Shown piece after piece: positions 1 through 9,467 of a stretch of DNA of 54,189 bases. Each line of letters opens with the position of its first letter. Within the stretch, counting starts at the first letter, position 1. The stretch comes from a virus (lineage: Duplodnaviria; Caudoviricetes). Both the position numbers and the translations under genes were made by a program. Below the pieces are notes generated by a model, which worked only from the letters and a program-made list of their open reading frames with translations, searched no databases and was not told where the DNA came from. The stretch is from positions 1 through 54,189 of IMG/VR virus record IMGVR_UViG_3300040807_003078. One strand, 5' to 3'.

Positions 1-2
1 CA

Positions 3-446
3 TCAGAAAGTAAGCACGTATGGACCACAACAAATCAAAGGATAAAATCATCGGACCATTCGAAAATTGACATGGAGGACATACTAGATTACAACAGGCT
101 ACGTAATTACTTGGGTAACTTGTTTGGCCATGATCTGGATTTCAGCGGAATACACAAAACTTTTTTAGATCGCAATAACTCGTTGAAGGAATACAGGACA
201 GCGATGGGCATATTAGACGCAGTGGACAAAAATAAAAATATTATCATTGAGAAAATGAGTGTGGTGGGCGAATGCATAGTGATGTGGTATCTGGAACGCA
301 AATACTTCGACATCAGTTTCTATAATCTGCCATTCCGATTCGCCACAACCGGCGAGATTTTAGAATACGTGGCACACTATCCAAAGTACATGAAAAATCC
401 AAACAAATATTATCAGACGCACTGGAGAGATTTCAATAATGGATAA
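3..446 (+). CDS. Hypothetical protein, 5'-truncated by the window edge; paralog of the next gene
   Basis: The frame is open from base 3 (SESKHVWTTTNQRIK...) into the listed ORF at 72. It aligns by eye with the C-terminal half of 439..1365 (MEDILDYNRL/LDDIFDYNRL, LDFSGIHKTFLDRN/LDFKELHNNFLDAN, HYPKYMKNPNK/HFPNYLKQPNK). Confidence 0.75.
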   Translation, partial: SESKHVWTTTNQRIKSSDHSKIDMEDILDYNRLRNYLGNLFGHDLDFSGIHKTFLDRNNSLKEYRTAMGILDAVDKNKNIIIEKMSVVGECIVMWYLERKYFDISFYNLPFRFATTGEILEYVAHYPKYMKNPNKYYQTHWRDFNNG

Positions 447-1365
447 AAAGAAATTATGTTTCTCAACAGGCATGCACGGACATTTTGTGGAGCATCTGAT
501 GTACTGCTATATTGAAGGCAAGGTTCTGCCGCTGGACTTCAACCAGAACGGAAACGCACACAACAGCAGACACGGAGATGACCCGCTGTTAGGCAACAGG
601 AAAGAAGTAGTGTCGTGGGATCTCACCAAACACGAACACTATCACAAGTTCGAAGATAACGATAAAATATTCGGACTGGTGTTCGAGGACAGACAGGAAT
701 TCTATTACTGTTACAGGAGGAGCCTCGATGCGGCCGGAGACATCAAAGGTTCTGGTATAAAATTGATGTCTGATAACGTGCATGAATGGGTGAGACAAAG
801 GTTGGTAGAGACAAATTTATTGAAAGATGCCACGACCATGTACAACTACCATGAGACGTCGGGAAAGATACCGCGTTGGATCTTGAGGAATTATATTATT
901 TTTAATTTGATATCGTACCAGGAACACGCCATTTGGAAGTCAAACAAACAAATCATGAATCTAGCAAAGTATGTTATGAACTTAGATGACATATTTGACT
1001 ACAACAGATTAAAGTCTAAGTTAGACAACTGTTTCGGTGGCAATCTGGATTTCAAAGAACTTCACAACAATTTCTTAGATGCTAACTTGAACCGTTCAAT
1101 CATGGAAAAAGAAAACCAAATCCTTAAGGCGATAAAGCGAGGTGCTTCTATGTCGCTCAAAGGGTTGGATGTTGTTTCAGAGGCGAGGATATTATACGAA
1201 GTAGAACGTAGACATTTTAACATTCCTTTCCTAATACATGACAAGTTTTACGAGGACACCAGAGAAATACACGAATACATAAAGCACTTTCCGAATTACC
1301 TTAAACAGCCAAATAAATTGTTTGGGGAATACGGATACGCACCACCTAAGGAAAAATCCAAATGA
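439..1365 (+). CDS. Hypothetical protein (308 aa), paralog of the upstream gene
   Basis: Long ORF overlapping both neighbours, GGAGA SD upstream, N-terminal GMHGHF motif. No confident family call. Confidence 0.7.
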   Translation: MDKKKLCFSTGMHGHFVEHLMYCYIEGKVLPLDFNQNGNAHNSRHGDDPLLGNRKEVVSWDLTKHEHYHKFEDNDKIFGLVFEDRQEFYYCYRRSLDAAGDIKGSGIKLMSDNVHEWVRQRLVETNLLKDATTMYNYHETSGKIPRWILRNYIIFNLISYQEHAIWKSNKQIMNLAKYVMNLDDIFDYNRLKSKLDNCFGGNLDFKELHNNFLDANLNRSIMEKENQILKAIKRGASMSLKGLDVVSEARILYEVERRHFNIPFLIHDKFYEDTREIHEYIKHFPNYLKQPNKLFGEYGYAPPKEKSK

Positions 1366-1772
1366 GCAACTGGACATTCAAACACAAGGAAATAACAGAA
1401 CTGCCTGCTGAAGTAGTAGGCTTCGTGTATGAGATAACCAACACCACAAACGGAAGGAAGTACATAGGTAAGAAACTGGCAAGGTTCAAGAGATCTCGTC
1501 CACCGTTAAAGGGAAGAAAGAACAAGCGTAGGTACAAGGTTGATTCTGACTGGCAGGACTACTACGGATCAAGTGACGATCTCACCATTGATGTGAACAA
1601 ACTTGGCAAAGATAAATTCACAAGAGAAATACTTTTCTTCTGCTATTCGAAAGCGGAACTTTCTTACATAGAAGCACGAGAACAATTTGCTCGTAAAGTT
1701 TTAGAATCAAACGATTACTACAATGGTCACATCCGTGTGAGGGTACACGGCAAAGGAATCCTCAAGAAATAA
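1362..1772 (+). CDS. Stand-alone GIY-YIG family nuclease
   Basis: GFVYEITN...KYIGKK (GIY/YIG motifs), YYGSS, conserved Glu in SYIE and YYN. ATGA overlap with the upstream gene. Confidence 0.8.
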   Translation: MSNWTFKHKEITELPAEVVGFVYEITNTTNGRKYIGKKLARFKRSRPPLKGRKNKRRYKVDSDWQDYYGSSDDLTIDVNKLGKDKFTREILFFCYSKAELSYIEAREQFARKVLESNDYYNGHIRVRVHGKGILKK

Positions 1773-1802
1773 AAAACCCCCGACTCGCTAAAGCCGAGGG
1801 TT
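1771..1802 (-). terminator. Rho-independent terminator of the histone-like gene, between convergent genes
   Basis: Minus strand reads AA-CCCTCGGCTT-TAGC-GAGTCGGGGG-TTTTTT: a 10-bp stem with G:U pairs, 4-nt loop and U-tract. Confidence 0.8.
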
Positions 1803-1826
1803 AGTAGAATTGCAATTCAATTATCG

Positions 1827-2021
1827 TTATCCCGCTGTTTTAGCCGCGTTCTTAACTTCTTGAATTTCTTTTCTTCTTGCCTTGATCAATTTAGCCAAGT
1901 TTGCAAGTGCTTTTCTGGCTCTAGTAGCCGAAGCCTTTACACCCTTGTCTACGAACTTACCATTCTCTTCTGAGTAAGTTTGTATCTCTGTCATGATCTG
2001 CTCGTGTGTTTCATTTGACAT
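1827..2021 (-). CDS. Histone H1-like (Hc1/HctA-type) small DNA-binding protein
   Basis: 64 aa with the signature KGVKASATRARKALANLAKLIKARRKEI, matching the GNKAA.TRARK...L.K..K..RK pattern of Hc1-like proteins. SD AAGGAAGGA. Confidence 0.75.
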   Translation of the reverse strand: MSNETHEQIMTEIQTYSEENGKFVDKGVKASATRARKALANLAKLIKARRKEIQEVKNAAKTAG

Positions 2022-2074
2022 AATTTACGTCCTTCCTTTATTGTCGTACGATAACATTAATTAACGTCATTGTA

Positions 2075-2104
2075 ATTAAAGCACGTATGAACTGGGTCTG
2101 TCAA
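2075..2104 (-). promoter_or_regulatory. Putative sigma70-type (early) promoter for the histone-like gene
   Basis: Minus strand TTGACA (2104-2099), 18-nt spacer, then TTTAAT (2080-2075) preceded by TGc as an extended -10. Lies in the intergenic gap. Confidence 0.55.
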
Positions 2105-2112
2105 CAGGAAAA

Positions 2113-3888
2113 TTACACAATAATGTCAACATCATTGGCATAATTGGTAAAACCATTCTCTTTTACAACTTTTAGTACGCTATTCACCCTGCTTACTAAT
2201 TCGTCCTTGTGTGATATCAGGAATATGTTCTTCTTTTGCGTCCTACTCATGTCTTTCAGTACAGCCATCGAACTCTCAACACCGGATATGTCCATACCAG
2301 CGTCCACCAACTCATCAATGAACAGCAAGTTGATCTGTTGATAAAGACTTTCCCAAACATCTCGGAACGCCCAACTCAAACTCAATATCAGTCTATTTCT
2401 TTCACCCCTGCTTAAATTATCAAAATCCAATTCTCTGCCAAGTTCCTCGATACGCACACTCAAGTCTGATTGGAACGTGACTGTGTGTGGCAGTTTCACT
2501 TTGCCTAGGAAGTATGCCAACCTCTGGTTTAGGTATGTCAAGTTCTGTTCTATGATCCTTGTCCTTATGAATGAATCTTTCGCAGTCAAAAGTTTGTACA
2601 AGAAGTCCTGGTGCCTGTGTAGGTCCTCCAATTCGTTTGCCTTGTCGTAGTCTATTTTCTGTATCGCTGATTTCTTCATTTCCGCTATCTGCTCCGCATA
2701 AGTGTCCTCGGACTTCTCTGTTCTTTCCAACTGTCTCTTTAAGTCTTGTAAAGATCCTTTGTGATTGTATGCTTCGTCTATTGTGTCATAATATGTTTCT
2801 GGTATGTTACCTAGATCTCCCACCTCGTCTATGCCCTGTTGTATATTTGCAAGATCAGTTTTCAGTTTGGTCACGTAGTCTGTTGATTCTGTCAGTTGCA
2901 CTTTCAACTTGTCTACCAGGTGTGTGTGCTTGTCATCGTGCAGTTCCTGTTCACACGTTGGACATTTCTGTTGTTCCGCGTATTCGAGATCCGCATTTGT
3001 TTTTGTCACGGTGGTTTCTGCTTTTGTCAAACTGTTCTCGTGGTATGCTTTCTCTTTTTCCAAACTTCTCAACATAGTTTGAAGTTCATTTCTCTTCTGT
3101 AATTTCTTGTGTTTTTCGATCTCTATCTCACTGTCCACTTTTTCCAGTTCCGCTATTGCTTCTTTGAAATTTGTTATATCATCTTCTTTCTGTTTCGCCC
3201 AGGCGTTTGATCTTATCTGCAGGCTTTCTATAGACTCCTGTATCTTTTCATTGCTGGCAACTTTTGCGTCTATTTTCATTTTCTCTTCAGTGAGCATTTG
3301 TTTTGTTGCCTTTTGTTTTTCTTTTAGCAGGTCTGCTTTCTGTGATAGCAAAGTAATACCTAATAGTTGTTCTATGATTTCCCTTTGTTCTGCCTGTTTG
3401 GTGGACAGGAACGGTTGTGTGTAGGTGTTCAGTGCTATGATGTTCTTGAACATGGAATGGGTCATGCCCATCAGTTTGTTGATCTCTACCTGTGTCTCCC
3501 TGTTCTCACCTTGTGCTTCGTTGCTCTCGCTGTTCTGTTCAATGTCGTTGGCATAGAATCTGAATATCTGTGGTTTACGTCCTCGCTCGATCGTGTATGT
3601 GACTCCGTTCTTTATGAACTTGACGCTGACCAACATACCCTTCTCGTTGGTCTTGTTGACCAGATTGTCTCTCCTGATGTTTGTAAGTGCTTCACCAAAG
3701 AACACGTAACTCAATGCGTTTATGATAGTGGTCTTACCCGTACCGTTCCTGGCACCGGCGTCATCACCTCCTAGGTCCATGTTCTCACCAATAACAAGAA
3801 CCAGGCTTTTGTTTGAGAAGTCAATGGCCTGGGCCTGGTTGCCCACACTCATGAAGTTCTTTACCGTTAGTTCTTTAATCGTCAGCAA
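2113..3888 (-). CDS. gp46: Recombination endonuclease ATPase subunit, T4 gp46/SbcC/Rad50-like
   Basis: Walker A NGTGKTT, coiled coil with CPTC zinc hook, signature LSRGE, Walker B LLFIDE, ISH switch. TTG start. Confidence 0.95.
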   Translation of the reverse strand: MLTIKELTVKNFMSVGNQAQAIDFSNKSLVLVIGENMDLGGDDAGARNGTGKTTIINALSYVFFGEALTNIRRDNLVNKTNEKGMLVSVKFIKNGVTYTIERGRKPQIFRFYANDIEQNSESNEAQGENRETQVEINKLMGMTHSMFKNIIALNTYTQPFLSTKQAEQREIIEQLLGITLLSQKADLLKEKQKATKQMLTEEKMKIDAKVASNEKIQESIESLQIRSNAWAKQKEDDITNFKEAIAELEKVDSEIEIEKHKKLQKRNELQTMLRSLEKEKAYHENSLTKAETTVTKTNADLEYAEQQKCPTCEQELHDDKHTHLVDKLKVQLTESTDYVTKLKTDLANIQQGIDEVGDLGNIPETYYDTIDEAYNHKGSLQDLKRQLERTEKSEDTYAEQIAEMKKSAIQKIDYDKANELEDLHRHQDFLYKLLTAKDSFIRTRIIEQNLTYLNQRLAYFLGKVKLPHTVTFQSDLSVRIEELGRELDFDNLSRGERNRLILSLSWAFRDVWESLYQQINLLFIDELVDAGMDISGVESSMAVLKDMSRTQKKNIFLISHKDELVSRVNSVLKVVKENGFTNYANDVDIIV

Positions 3889-4042
3889 GTTGTTTCCTCT
3901 TCCATTCCTTGTAGCCTTTCAGCCATTCTTCCTGTGTTGGTGGATTTTTGAACATGTCAAATATCTGTGCTTTAGACATGGTCGGTTGTTCAAAATCACC
4001 CTTCAACACTTTTATCAATTTCTTTTTACTAATTCGTGACAT
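3875..4042 (-). CDS. Small hypothetical protein (55 aa, MSRISKKKLIKVLKGDF...KQLADD), absent from the ORF track
   Basis: ATG at 4042 to TAA at 3875 fills the gp47-gp46 gap and overlaps both genes. Confidence 0.6.
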   Translation of the reverse strand: MSRISKKKLIKVLKGDFEQPTMSKAQIFDMFKNPPTQEEWLKGYKEWKRKQLADD

Positions 4043-5048
4043 CTAGATCGTTGTAAATTGCTGTTAATACGTTCTTGTCGTACACTTCCGAGTCCACCCC
4101 CTGCAACTGCTTGATGACTATTTGATCAACGCTGTCAAATTTCTGCACTTCTACCAGTGGTTGTTGTGCGTTGTCCACCTGTTCTGGGATCAGTTGTAGT
4201 TCTCTCAATTGGTATTTGTCTATGAATGTTTCCCTCACGAAGTTTGCTTCTTCGTAACTGATTTTTATATCTAATGTTACCCTCACATACATCTTTGGTT
4301 TTAGGTACTTGTCTGGATCTTCCAATAGCTCTGAAACTTTTATTGTGATATATCTTGGCATCTCTGGCCAATTCACAAATTTTGGTTCTCCCCCATATTC
4401 CAGGATCATCATGCCCCGATCGTCGTCCCAGGCATCCGCGTAGTTGTGTGGGAAGGCGTTGCCCATGTACGTCACATTCTTCATGTACTGTCTCTTGTGG
4501 AAGTGTCCGGAGAACACCTTGCCACAGCCTGCGAAATGATCCGTCTGTATTCCTCCCACGTCCGGCATCTCTACCATGGCGTTCATCTTGAAGTACGGCA
4601 GTTCGAAGTGACCAAACACATACTTCTGTTTCATCTTTTCTATCTTTTTCCATTCGTCTTCTACTATCCACGGCAGTATGGCAACGTCATCTTCTACCAA
4701 CCACTCGTTGACTATGTGTATGTTAGGAATATTTCTTATGTACTCCATTGAGTTAATTTCTCTCTTGTCTCTGTAATATAGATCGTGATTGCCCATTATG
4801 ACATAAACCTTCTCAAATGCTTTGCTTAACCGTTCCATGTTCGAAACTGTGTAATTCATTGTGGATACGTTTGTTGCTGATCTGTGGTGGTGCCAGTCAC
4901 CAAGGAATATGCAGGTCTCACATCCGTGCAGTTTGGCCTGTTCTATGAACCATATCACGAATGCCTCGCAGTCGTCGTTGTGTATACGACTGTTGCCTTT
5001 GAGTCCAAAGTGTATGTCTGTGAAACACGCTACTTTCTTAAAAAACAT
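4029..5048 (-). CDS. gp47: Recombination endonuclease nuclease subunit, T4 gp47/SbcD/Mre11-like
   Basis: Metallophosphoesterase motifs FTDIHFG, LGDWHH, GNHD, GHFE and SGHFH. Adjacent to gp46. Confidence 0.95.
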   Translation of the reverse strand: MFFKKVACFTDIHFGLKGNSRIHNDDCEAFVIWFIEQAKLHGCETCIFLGDWHHHRSATNVSTMNYTVSNMERLSKAFEKVYVIMGNHDLYYRDKREINSMEYIRNIPNIHIVNEWLVEDDVAILPWIVEDEWKKIEKMKQKYVFGHFELPYFKMNAMVEMPDVGGIQTDHFAGCGKVFSGHFHKRQYMKNVTYMGNAFPHNYADAWDDDRGMMILEYGGEPKFVNWPEMPRYITIKVSELLEDPDKYLKPKMYVRVTLDIKISYEEANFVRETFIDKYQLRELQLIPEQVDNAQQPLVEVQKFDSVDQIVIKQLQGVDSEVYDKNVLTAIYNDLDVTN

Positions 5049-5057
5049 CTTAGTATT

Positions 5058-6041
5058 TTACCATTTCTTTTTCACCACCGGTTTGTGATTGGTCATGTCT
5101 ATCTTGTTCTTGAATTTTATGTCGTCGAAGTCTTCAGAATCAAGTTTGCCTTTCTTCTTCAAGGTCTTGTTCAGTTTTGCTAAGGTCGTTTTGTTGACTG
5201 CGTGTACGTCGCCGTGTGCTGTCTTCATTCTCTTCTGATATGACGGTCCTGCTGTCTCGTTCTCGTTCTGTCTCGTGAAACTAGGCATCATGCCGTTGAA
5301 CTCCAACAGGTCGTCTCTGATCGCTTGATTCTTCTTTTCAATGTTCAGTATCCTGGTGAAACTGTTGGTGATGGCCGCCGTGTAGTATGCGAAAGGGTTG
5401 TCTGATTTGGATTCATCGAACTGTAGTCCTATCTGTGATAGTTGCATCAATGCCTGAGACTGCATCTCATCATTGTATGTGTAACCTCTCCAGTTGGCCC
5501 TTGTACCATAACGTTCACAAAGTTTCATATACATCATGGCCAGTTGGTTGGTCATCTTGCCATGATCCGCTGAGAAATGTCCGTTATTCATTCCGCCTAT
5601 CCAGTGGCTCTTTCCCACACAGACTAACTTGCCTTTGTTGTCAAATTTATAATGCTGAAACGGAGGGAAGTTCACCTTTGCGTGATGATCCGCGGTGCTC
5701 TTTGGATTCTTCTTACGTTCGTCGTCCATTGGTATGTGGTCAAACATCATGACCCTGAATATCAGGTCCGTCTTCTCTATCTTCCTGGGACTGACTGTGT
5801 AGTCCACTAGTTTTATCTTCTTCAGTCCAGATACCTTGGCCGCCTCCCACGCCTCCTGTGTCAGCCTCTTGGCCTTGTTCTTCTTTGCGTCAGACACCGT
5901 GCGTATGTTGATCTTCTTGAGGTTGGGCACAATTAGGTCATACTGTGCGTCCTCGGGTGCGACATATGAGCAGTAGGTGTTCTTGCTGGCGTGTATCTGT
6001 GCCAGCAGATCTCGGTTGTTTAGGTACTTGACTCTCTTCAT
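5058..6041 (-). CDS. gp55: Late transcription sigma factor, T4 gp55-like, with a large internal insertion
   Basis: YLNNRDLL N-terminus, NWRGYTYNDEM and FDESKSDNPFAYYT..ITNSF.RIL..EKK match the gp55 core. T4-like gp55-gp47-gp46 order. Confidence 0.88.
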   Translation of the reverse strand: MKRVKYLNNRDLLAQIHASKNTYCSYVAPEDAQYDLIVPNLKKINIRTVSDAKKNKAKRLTQEAWEAAKVSGLKKIKLVDYTVSPRKIEKTDLIFRVMMFDHIPMDDERKKNPKSTADHHAKVNFPPFQHYKFDNKGKLVCVGKSHWIGGMNNGHFSADHGKMTNQLAMMYMKLCERYGTRANWRGYTYNDEMQSQALMQLSQIGLQFDESKSDNPFAYYTAAITNSFTRILNIEKKNQAIRDDLLEFNGMMPSFTRQNENETAGPSYQKRMKTAHGDVHAVNKTTLAKLNKTLKKKGKLDSEDFDDIKFKNKIDMTNHKPVVKKKW

Positions 6042-6108
6042 AATTTGTTCTCTTTATATTGTGTTGATTCGTGCCGTATGGCGAATTAAGTGTGCCTAAA
6101 ATAATGCC

Positions 6109-6116
6109 TATAAATA
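6109..6116 (+). promoter_or_regulatory. T4-type late promoter TATAAATA
   Basis: Exact consensus in the divergent intergenic region, ahead of the structural operon. Confidence 0.8.
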
Positions 6117-6159
6117 TAGTTAAAGTATACGAAATTTTACAAAGGAAAGCAACCATATA

Positions 6160-6996
6160 ATGGCATTCGGAAACATAGGCAAGATAGTCAAGAACGTGGG
6201 AGGGGGCATATTCAACAGGACCCTGGGCAGGCTCACGGGTGCTGGTATTTCCACAGACAGTAGGATCGTAAATGCGAGAGCCAAATGGTCTGGCAGGAAC
6301 GACAAAAAAGACTGGCGTGTGAGACTTCAAGTACCACCAGGAGATTTACAGAAGTTTTTCGATTTTGACAATAATCCTATTATGAAACCACTTGCGGATT
6401 CACAAGGAATATTTTGGCCGTTGACACCAACTATGATTGTACAACACAGTGCAAACTACAATCCCATGGATCAAGTGCATAGCAACTTTCCACATCAAGC
6501 ATATCAAAATTCACAGGTAGATTCCTTCAATGTTATTGGAGAGTTTCCTGTACAGAACTCCGAGGATGCCAAGCACTGGGTAGCAACGGTAAATTTCTTA
6601 AGGACAGCCACTAAAATGTTTTTTGGACAAGAAGGAGGGATCGATGGACTGAAAGGTAGTCCGCCACCTATCTTGCACTTCTATGGTTATGGTGATCACA
6701 TGTTCAACAAGGTACCTGTTGTCATGAACACTTTCAACGTGGAACTGAGACCAGGAATTGATTACATTTCTACCAAACAAGAAAATACTCCATACAGAGA
6801 ATTGAACGGTCCTGATGCTGGATTTGAGCAATCAGTAATAGCGGGGGAATCTCAGACCTGGGCACCAACGCTGTCAAACATTTCTGTAATGTTGACACCT
6901 ATCTACAGCAGAGATTCGATCAAGAATTTTTCTATGAAAAAATTCGTCAACGGAGAGTTGAACGGTAAAGGAACAAACGAGGTAGGATTTATTTAA
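6160..6996 (+). CDS. Baseplate/tail-tube-associated structural protein (gp48/gp54-like position)
   Basis: First gene of the late operon, upstream of gp53. The GSPPPILHFYGYG...VPVVM..F.V motif is typical of contractile-tail tube-initiator proteins. Confidence 0.6.
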   Translation: MAFGNIGKIVKNVGGGIFNRTLGRLTGAGISTDSRIVNARAKWSGRNDKKDWRVRLQVPPGDLQKFFDFDNNPIMKPLADSQGIFWPLTPTMIVQHSANYNPMDQVHSNFPHQAYQNSQVDSFNVIGEFPVQNSEDAKHWVATVNFLRTATKMFFGQEGGIDGLKGSPPPILHFYGYGDHMFNKVPVVMNTFNVELRPGIDYISTKQENTPYRELNGPDAGFEQSVIAGESQTWAPTLSNISVMLTPIYSRDSIKNFSMKKFVNGELNGKGTNEVGFI

Positions 6997-7295
6997 TGGC
7001 CAAGTACTCAAACACATCACCATATTTTGAGACAAGCGAGATTGCAAACTATCTTGACGTGTTAAATCCAAGGACCATAACTGCGGAGGACGACGACCAG
7101 AGTTACACAGTAGAAAGGACTTACGCCTACAGACCAGATCTTTTGGCCTATGACTTATATGGCTCACCTAGGTTGTGGTGGGTTTTCGCACAGCGTAACC
7201 CAGACCAGATAGAGGATCCCATCTACGACTTCAAACCGGGAGTGACGGTTCAACTGCCAAAGAAAGAGAACCTGCTCAAAGACTTGGGGATATAA
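6996..7295 (+). CDS. gp53: Baseplate wedge subunit gp53-like (LysM-like)
   Basis: RPDLLAYDLYGSPRLWWVFAQRN motif. TAATG coupling. Confidence 0.85.
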   Translation: MAKYSNTSPYFETSEIANYLDVLNPRTITAEDDDQSYTVERTYAYRPDLLAYDLYGSPRLWWVFAQRNPDQIEDPIYDFKPGVTVQLPKKENLLKDLGI

Positions 7296-7298
7296 CCC

Positions 7299-9467
7299 AT
7301 GGCACCAATCAATTACGTGAAGAAGAAATTAGACAAGGAGAAATGGTCTAACTACGAGAACGCCGCCTACGCAAGGAAGGATAGCATCAAGCAACTTCCG
7401 TTGAATCCTGATCCAAATGTATTACACCAGTTCGCCTCATACAACACACTGTTCACGCTGTCTGCTCTCAGTTCAACAGAGATAAGGAACCCGAAACAGT
7501 TCTTCCAGGGCAAGCCACACGACATCATCGCACAGAGTGGTGGCATAGGACCAGATGCCAACAGGAACGACAAGCCGGCCTTCGAGCAGGAGAACCAGTT
7601 CACGGATGAGACAAAGAAAACAATAATAAAGAACCAAGGCCTCCGAGATGCGTTGGGCAGGGCGACCACAGAGTTCATGAAGAACAATGACCTCTATTTC
7701 AGGAACGTGGAGATGACATCCGTACCAGGTTACAATGAGAAGAGGCGTCTGACCAGTGTCACTAACATAAAAATGGAATTGGTCGAACCCGCAGGCATCA
7801 CACTACTCGAGAAAATCAAAGCCGCCGCGGCCAACAACGGTTACTTGGATCACTTAGACGCACCATACATGCTCACGGTTGAATTCAAGGGTTTTGATGA
7901 GAACGGAAAACAAATCAAAGAGAACAACGATTACGTGAAGAGGGTGATACCGATCAAGATCATGACGATGGACATAGATGTGAACCAGGCAGGCTCTTAC
8001 TACACAATACAGGCGATACCCTACAACGAGTTCGGCTTCACTAACGTGTACATGTATCCTAGGACCAGCGGAACTCTATCATCCACCACGAAGAATTTCA
8101 AAGATGCTGTGGTAGATCTCCAGAGAATACTGAACGAGCAAAATCAAGACGAGAAGGTCAGGCAATACAATCAATTCCCGGACCAATATGACATCTCGAT
8201 AAGCCAAGACCTGGATCCGGACACGCAACTATCTTTCGACCTACTGTCACAGGTGGGCATGTCAGAGACCAGAACCCTTCAGGAGCCAGGCAGTGATGCG
8301 TTCAAATTGGATTACTTGAAATTCAGTTCAGAGACCAGCATATTGAAATTGCTGGAGGATCTGATGAGGACCCATCCCAAGTACGGGGCCAAAAGTTTCG
8401 AGGAATGGAGTGAAGCGGTCAGCAAACGAGGCACGGATAGATTCAATCCCAATGAAGGTCTATCAACATACTTCAAGTACTTCCGTATACGTACCAGCAT
8501 AGAGCCCACGCCGAACTTTGATGAGATCAGACAGACCAACGCCAAGATAATACGTGTCGTGGTAGAACCATACTACATCAGTGCCTACAACTTGGCAACG
8601 GCTGGCGTACACCAGGATAAAAATTTCCAGACCTATGTGGCCAAGGACTACAACTACATATTCACGGGCGACAACCTTGACATACAGAACCTAGACATCA
8701 ACTACAAGGTGGCCTACTACCAATCGAGGTTGAAGGATCTTGAGGCCAGTGAGAGCAGGACCTTCACTTCGGATAACACGGCCCAGAGCGAGGACACGGG
8801 CACACCTACCAACAGGCAAAAATGGGGACCATTTGATTATCTGCCGACCAAGACCGAAACCGGACTGTACAAGACCTCTAACAGTGGTAGGACAGCCAAG
8901 AGTGACGCAAGGGTTGACCAGTTTTTTGATGCCATCACCAATCCAACTGCTGACATGGTGGTCATCAGGATGGACATACTGGGTGATCCGGCCTGGTTGG
9001 GACAGAGCCAGTTCATTCCACCCACTCCGGTGAACAGAAACGGCAGTTCCGTAGACAACAATATCGAGTTCTTCAGGGGAGGAGAAAAAGACAACATATG
9101 GAATCCAACGCTGAGATGTTTCAATATGGACGTGGCAGAACCTGTGATCAACTTGACATTCAAAACGCCACAGGATCTTAATGATCAGACAGGCGTGTAC
9201 GAGTTATCATCGGAGCGACAGGCGGTGTTCTCAGGCCTCTACAAGGTGTTCCAGGTGCAACACAACTTCACCGATGGCAAGTTCACACAGACTTTGACGA
9301 TGACACGTTTCAACAATCAGGACCGTAAAGTGACACAGACCAGCAACGAAAAAATCGTCAAGAAAAACGGTGTAATAACTAGTGTAGGCTCACACGCCGC
9401 ATTTGGTAATGCTTGGCAGAGAGTCATAGACAAGAAAATTATCAATGACCCCAATGGATTATCATAA
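7299..9467 (+). CDS. Baseplate hub protein (gp27/GpD-like)
   Basis: Lies between gp53 and gp5. C-terminal ILGDP and FSGLYKVFQVQHNFTDGKFTQTL motifs are typical of hub proteins. Confidence 0.7.
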   Translation: MAPINYVKKKLDKEKWSNYENAAYARKDSIKQLPLNPDPNVLHQFASYNTLFTLSALSSTEIRNPKQFFQGKPHDIIAQSGGIGPDANRNDKPAFEQENQFTDETKKTIIKNQGLRDALGRATTEFMKNNDLYFRNVEMTSVPGYNEKRRLTSVTNIKMELVEPAGITLLEKIKAAAANNGYLDHLDAPYMLTVEFKGFDENGKQIKENNDYVKRVIPIKIMTMDIDVNQAGSYYTIQAIPYNEFGFTNVYMYPRTSGTLSSTTKNFKDAVVDLQRILNEQNQDEKVRQYNQFPDQYDISISQDLDPDTQLSFDLLSQVGMSETRTLQEPGSDAFKLDYLKFSSETSILKLLEDLMRTHPKYGAKSFEEWSEAVSKRGTDRFNPNEGLSTYFKYFRIRTSIEPTPNFDEIRQTNAKIIRVVVEPYYISAYNLATAGVHQDKNFQTYVAKDYNYIFTGDNLDIQNLDINYKVAYYQSRLKDLEASESRTFTSDNTAQSEDTGTPTNRQKWGPFDYLPTKTETGLYKTSNSGRTAKSDARVDQFFDAITNPTADMVVIRMDILGDPAWLGQSQFIPPTPVNRNGSSVDNNIEFFRGGEKDNIWNPTLRCFNMDVAEPVINLTFKTPQDLNDQTGVYELSSERQAVFSGLYKVFQVQHNFTDGKFTQTLTMTRFNNQDRKVTQTSNEKIVKKNGVITSVGSHAAFGNAWQRVIDKKIINDPNGLS

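Noticed and set aside
1362-1772. Intron-encoded homing endonuclease
   Set aside because: Only the catalytic domain is present (136 aa, no NUMOD DNA-binding tail), it overlaps the upstream gene, and no interrupted host gene is evident.
2057-2089. TTAA-rich sites here, near 6085 and near 12158 as CtrA-like boxes, plus AAGCACGTATG repeated at 12 and 2079
   Set aside because: The spacing does not match TTAA-N7-TTAA cleanly, the gaps are AT-rich, and one copy of the 11-mer lies inside a coding region, so chance is likely.
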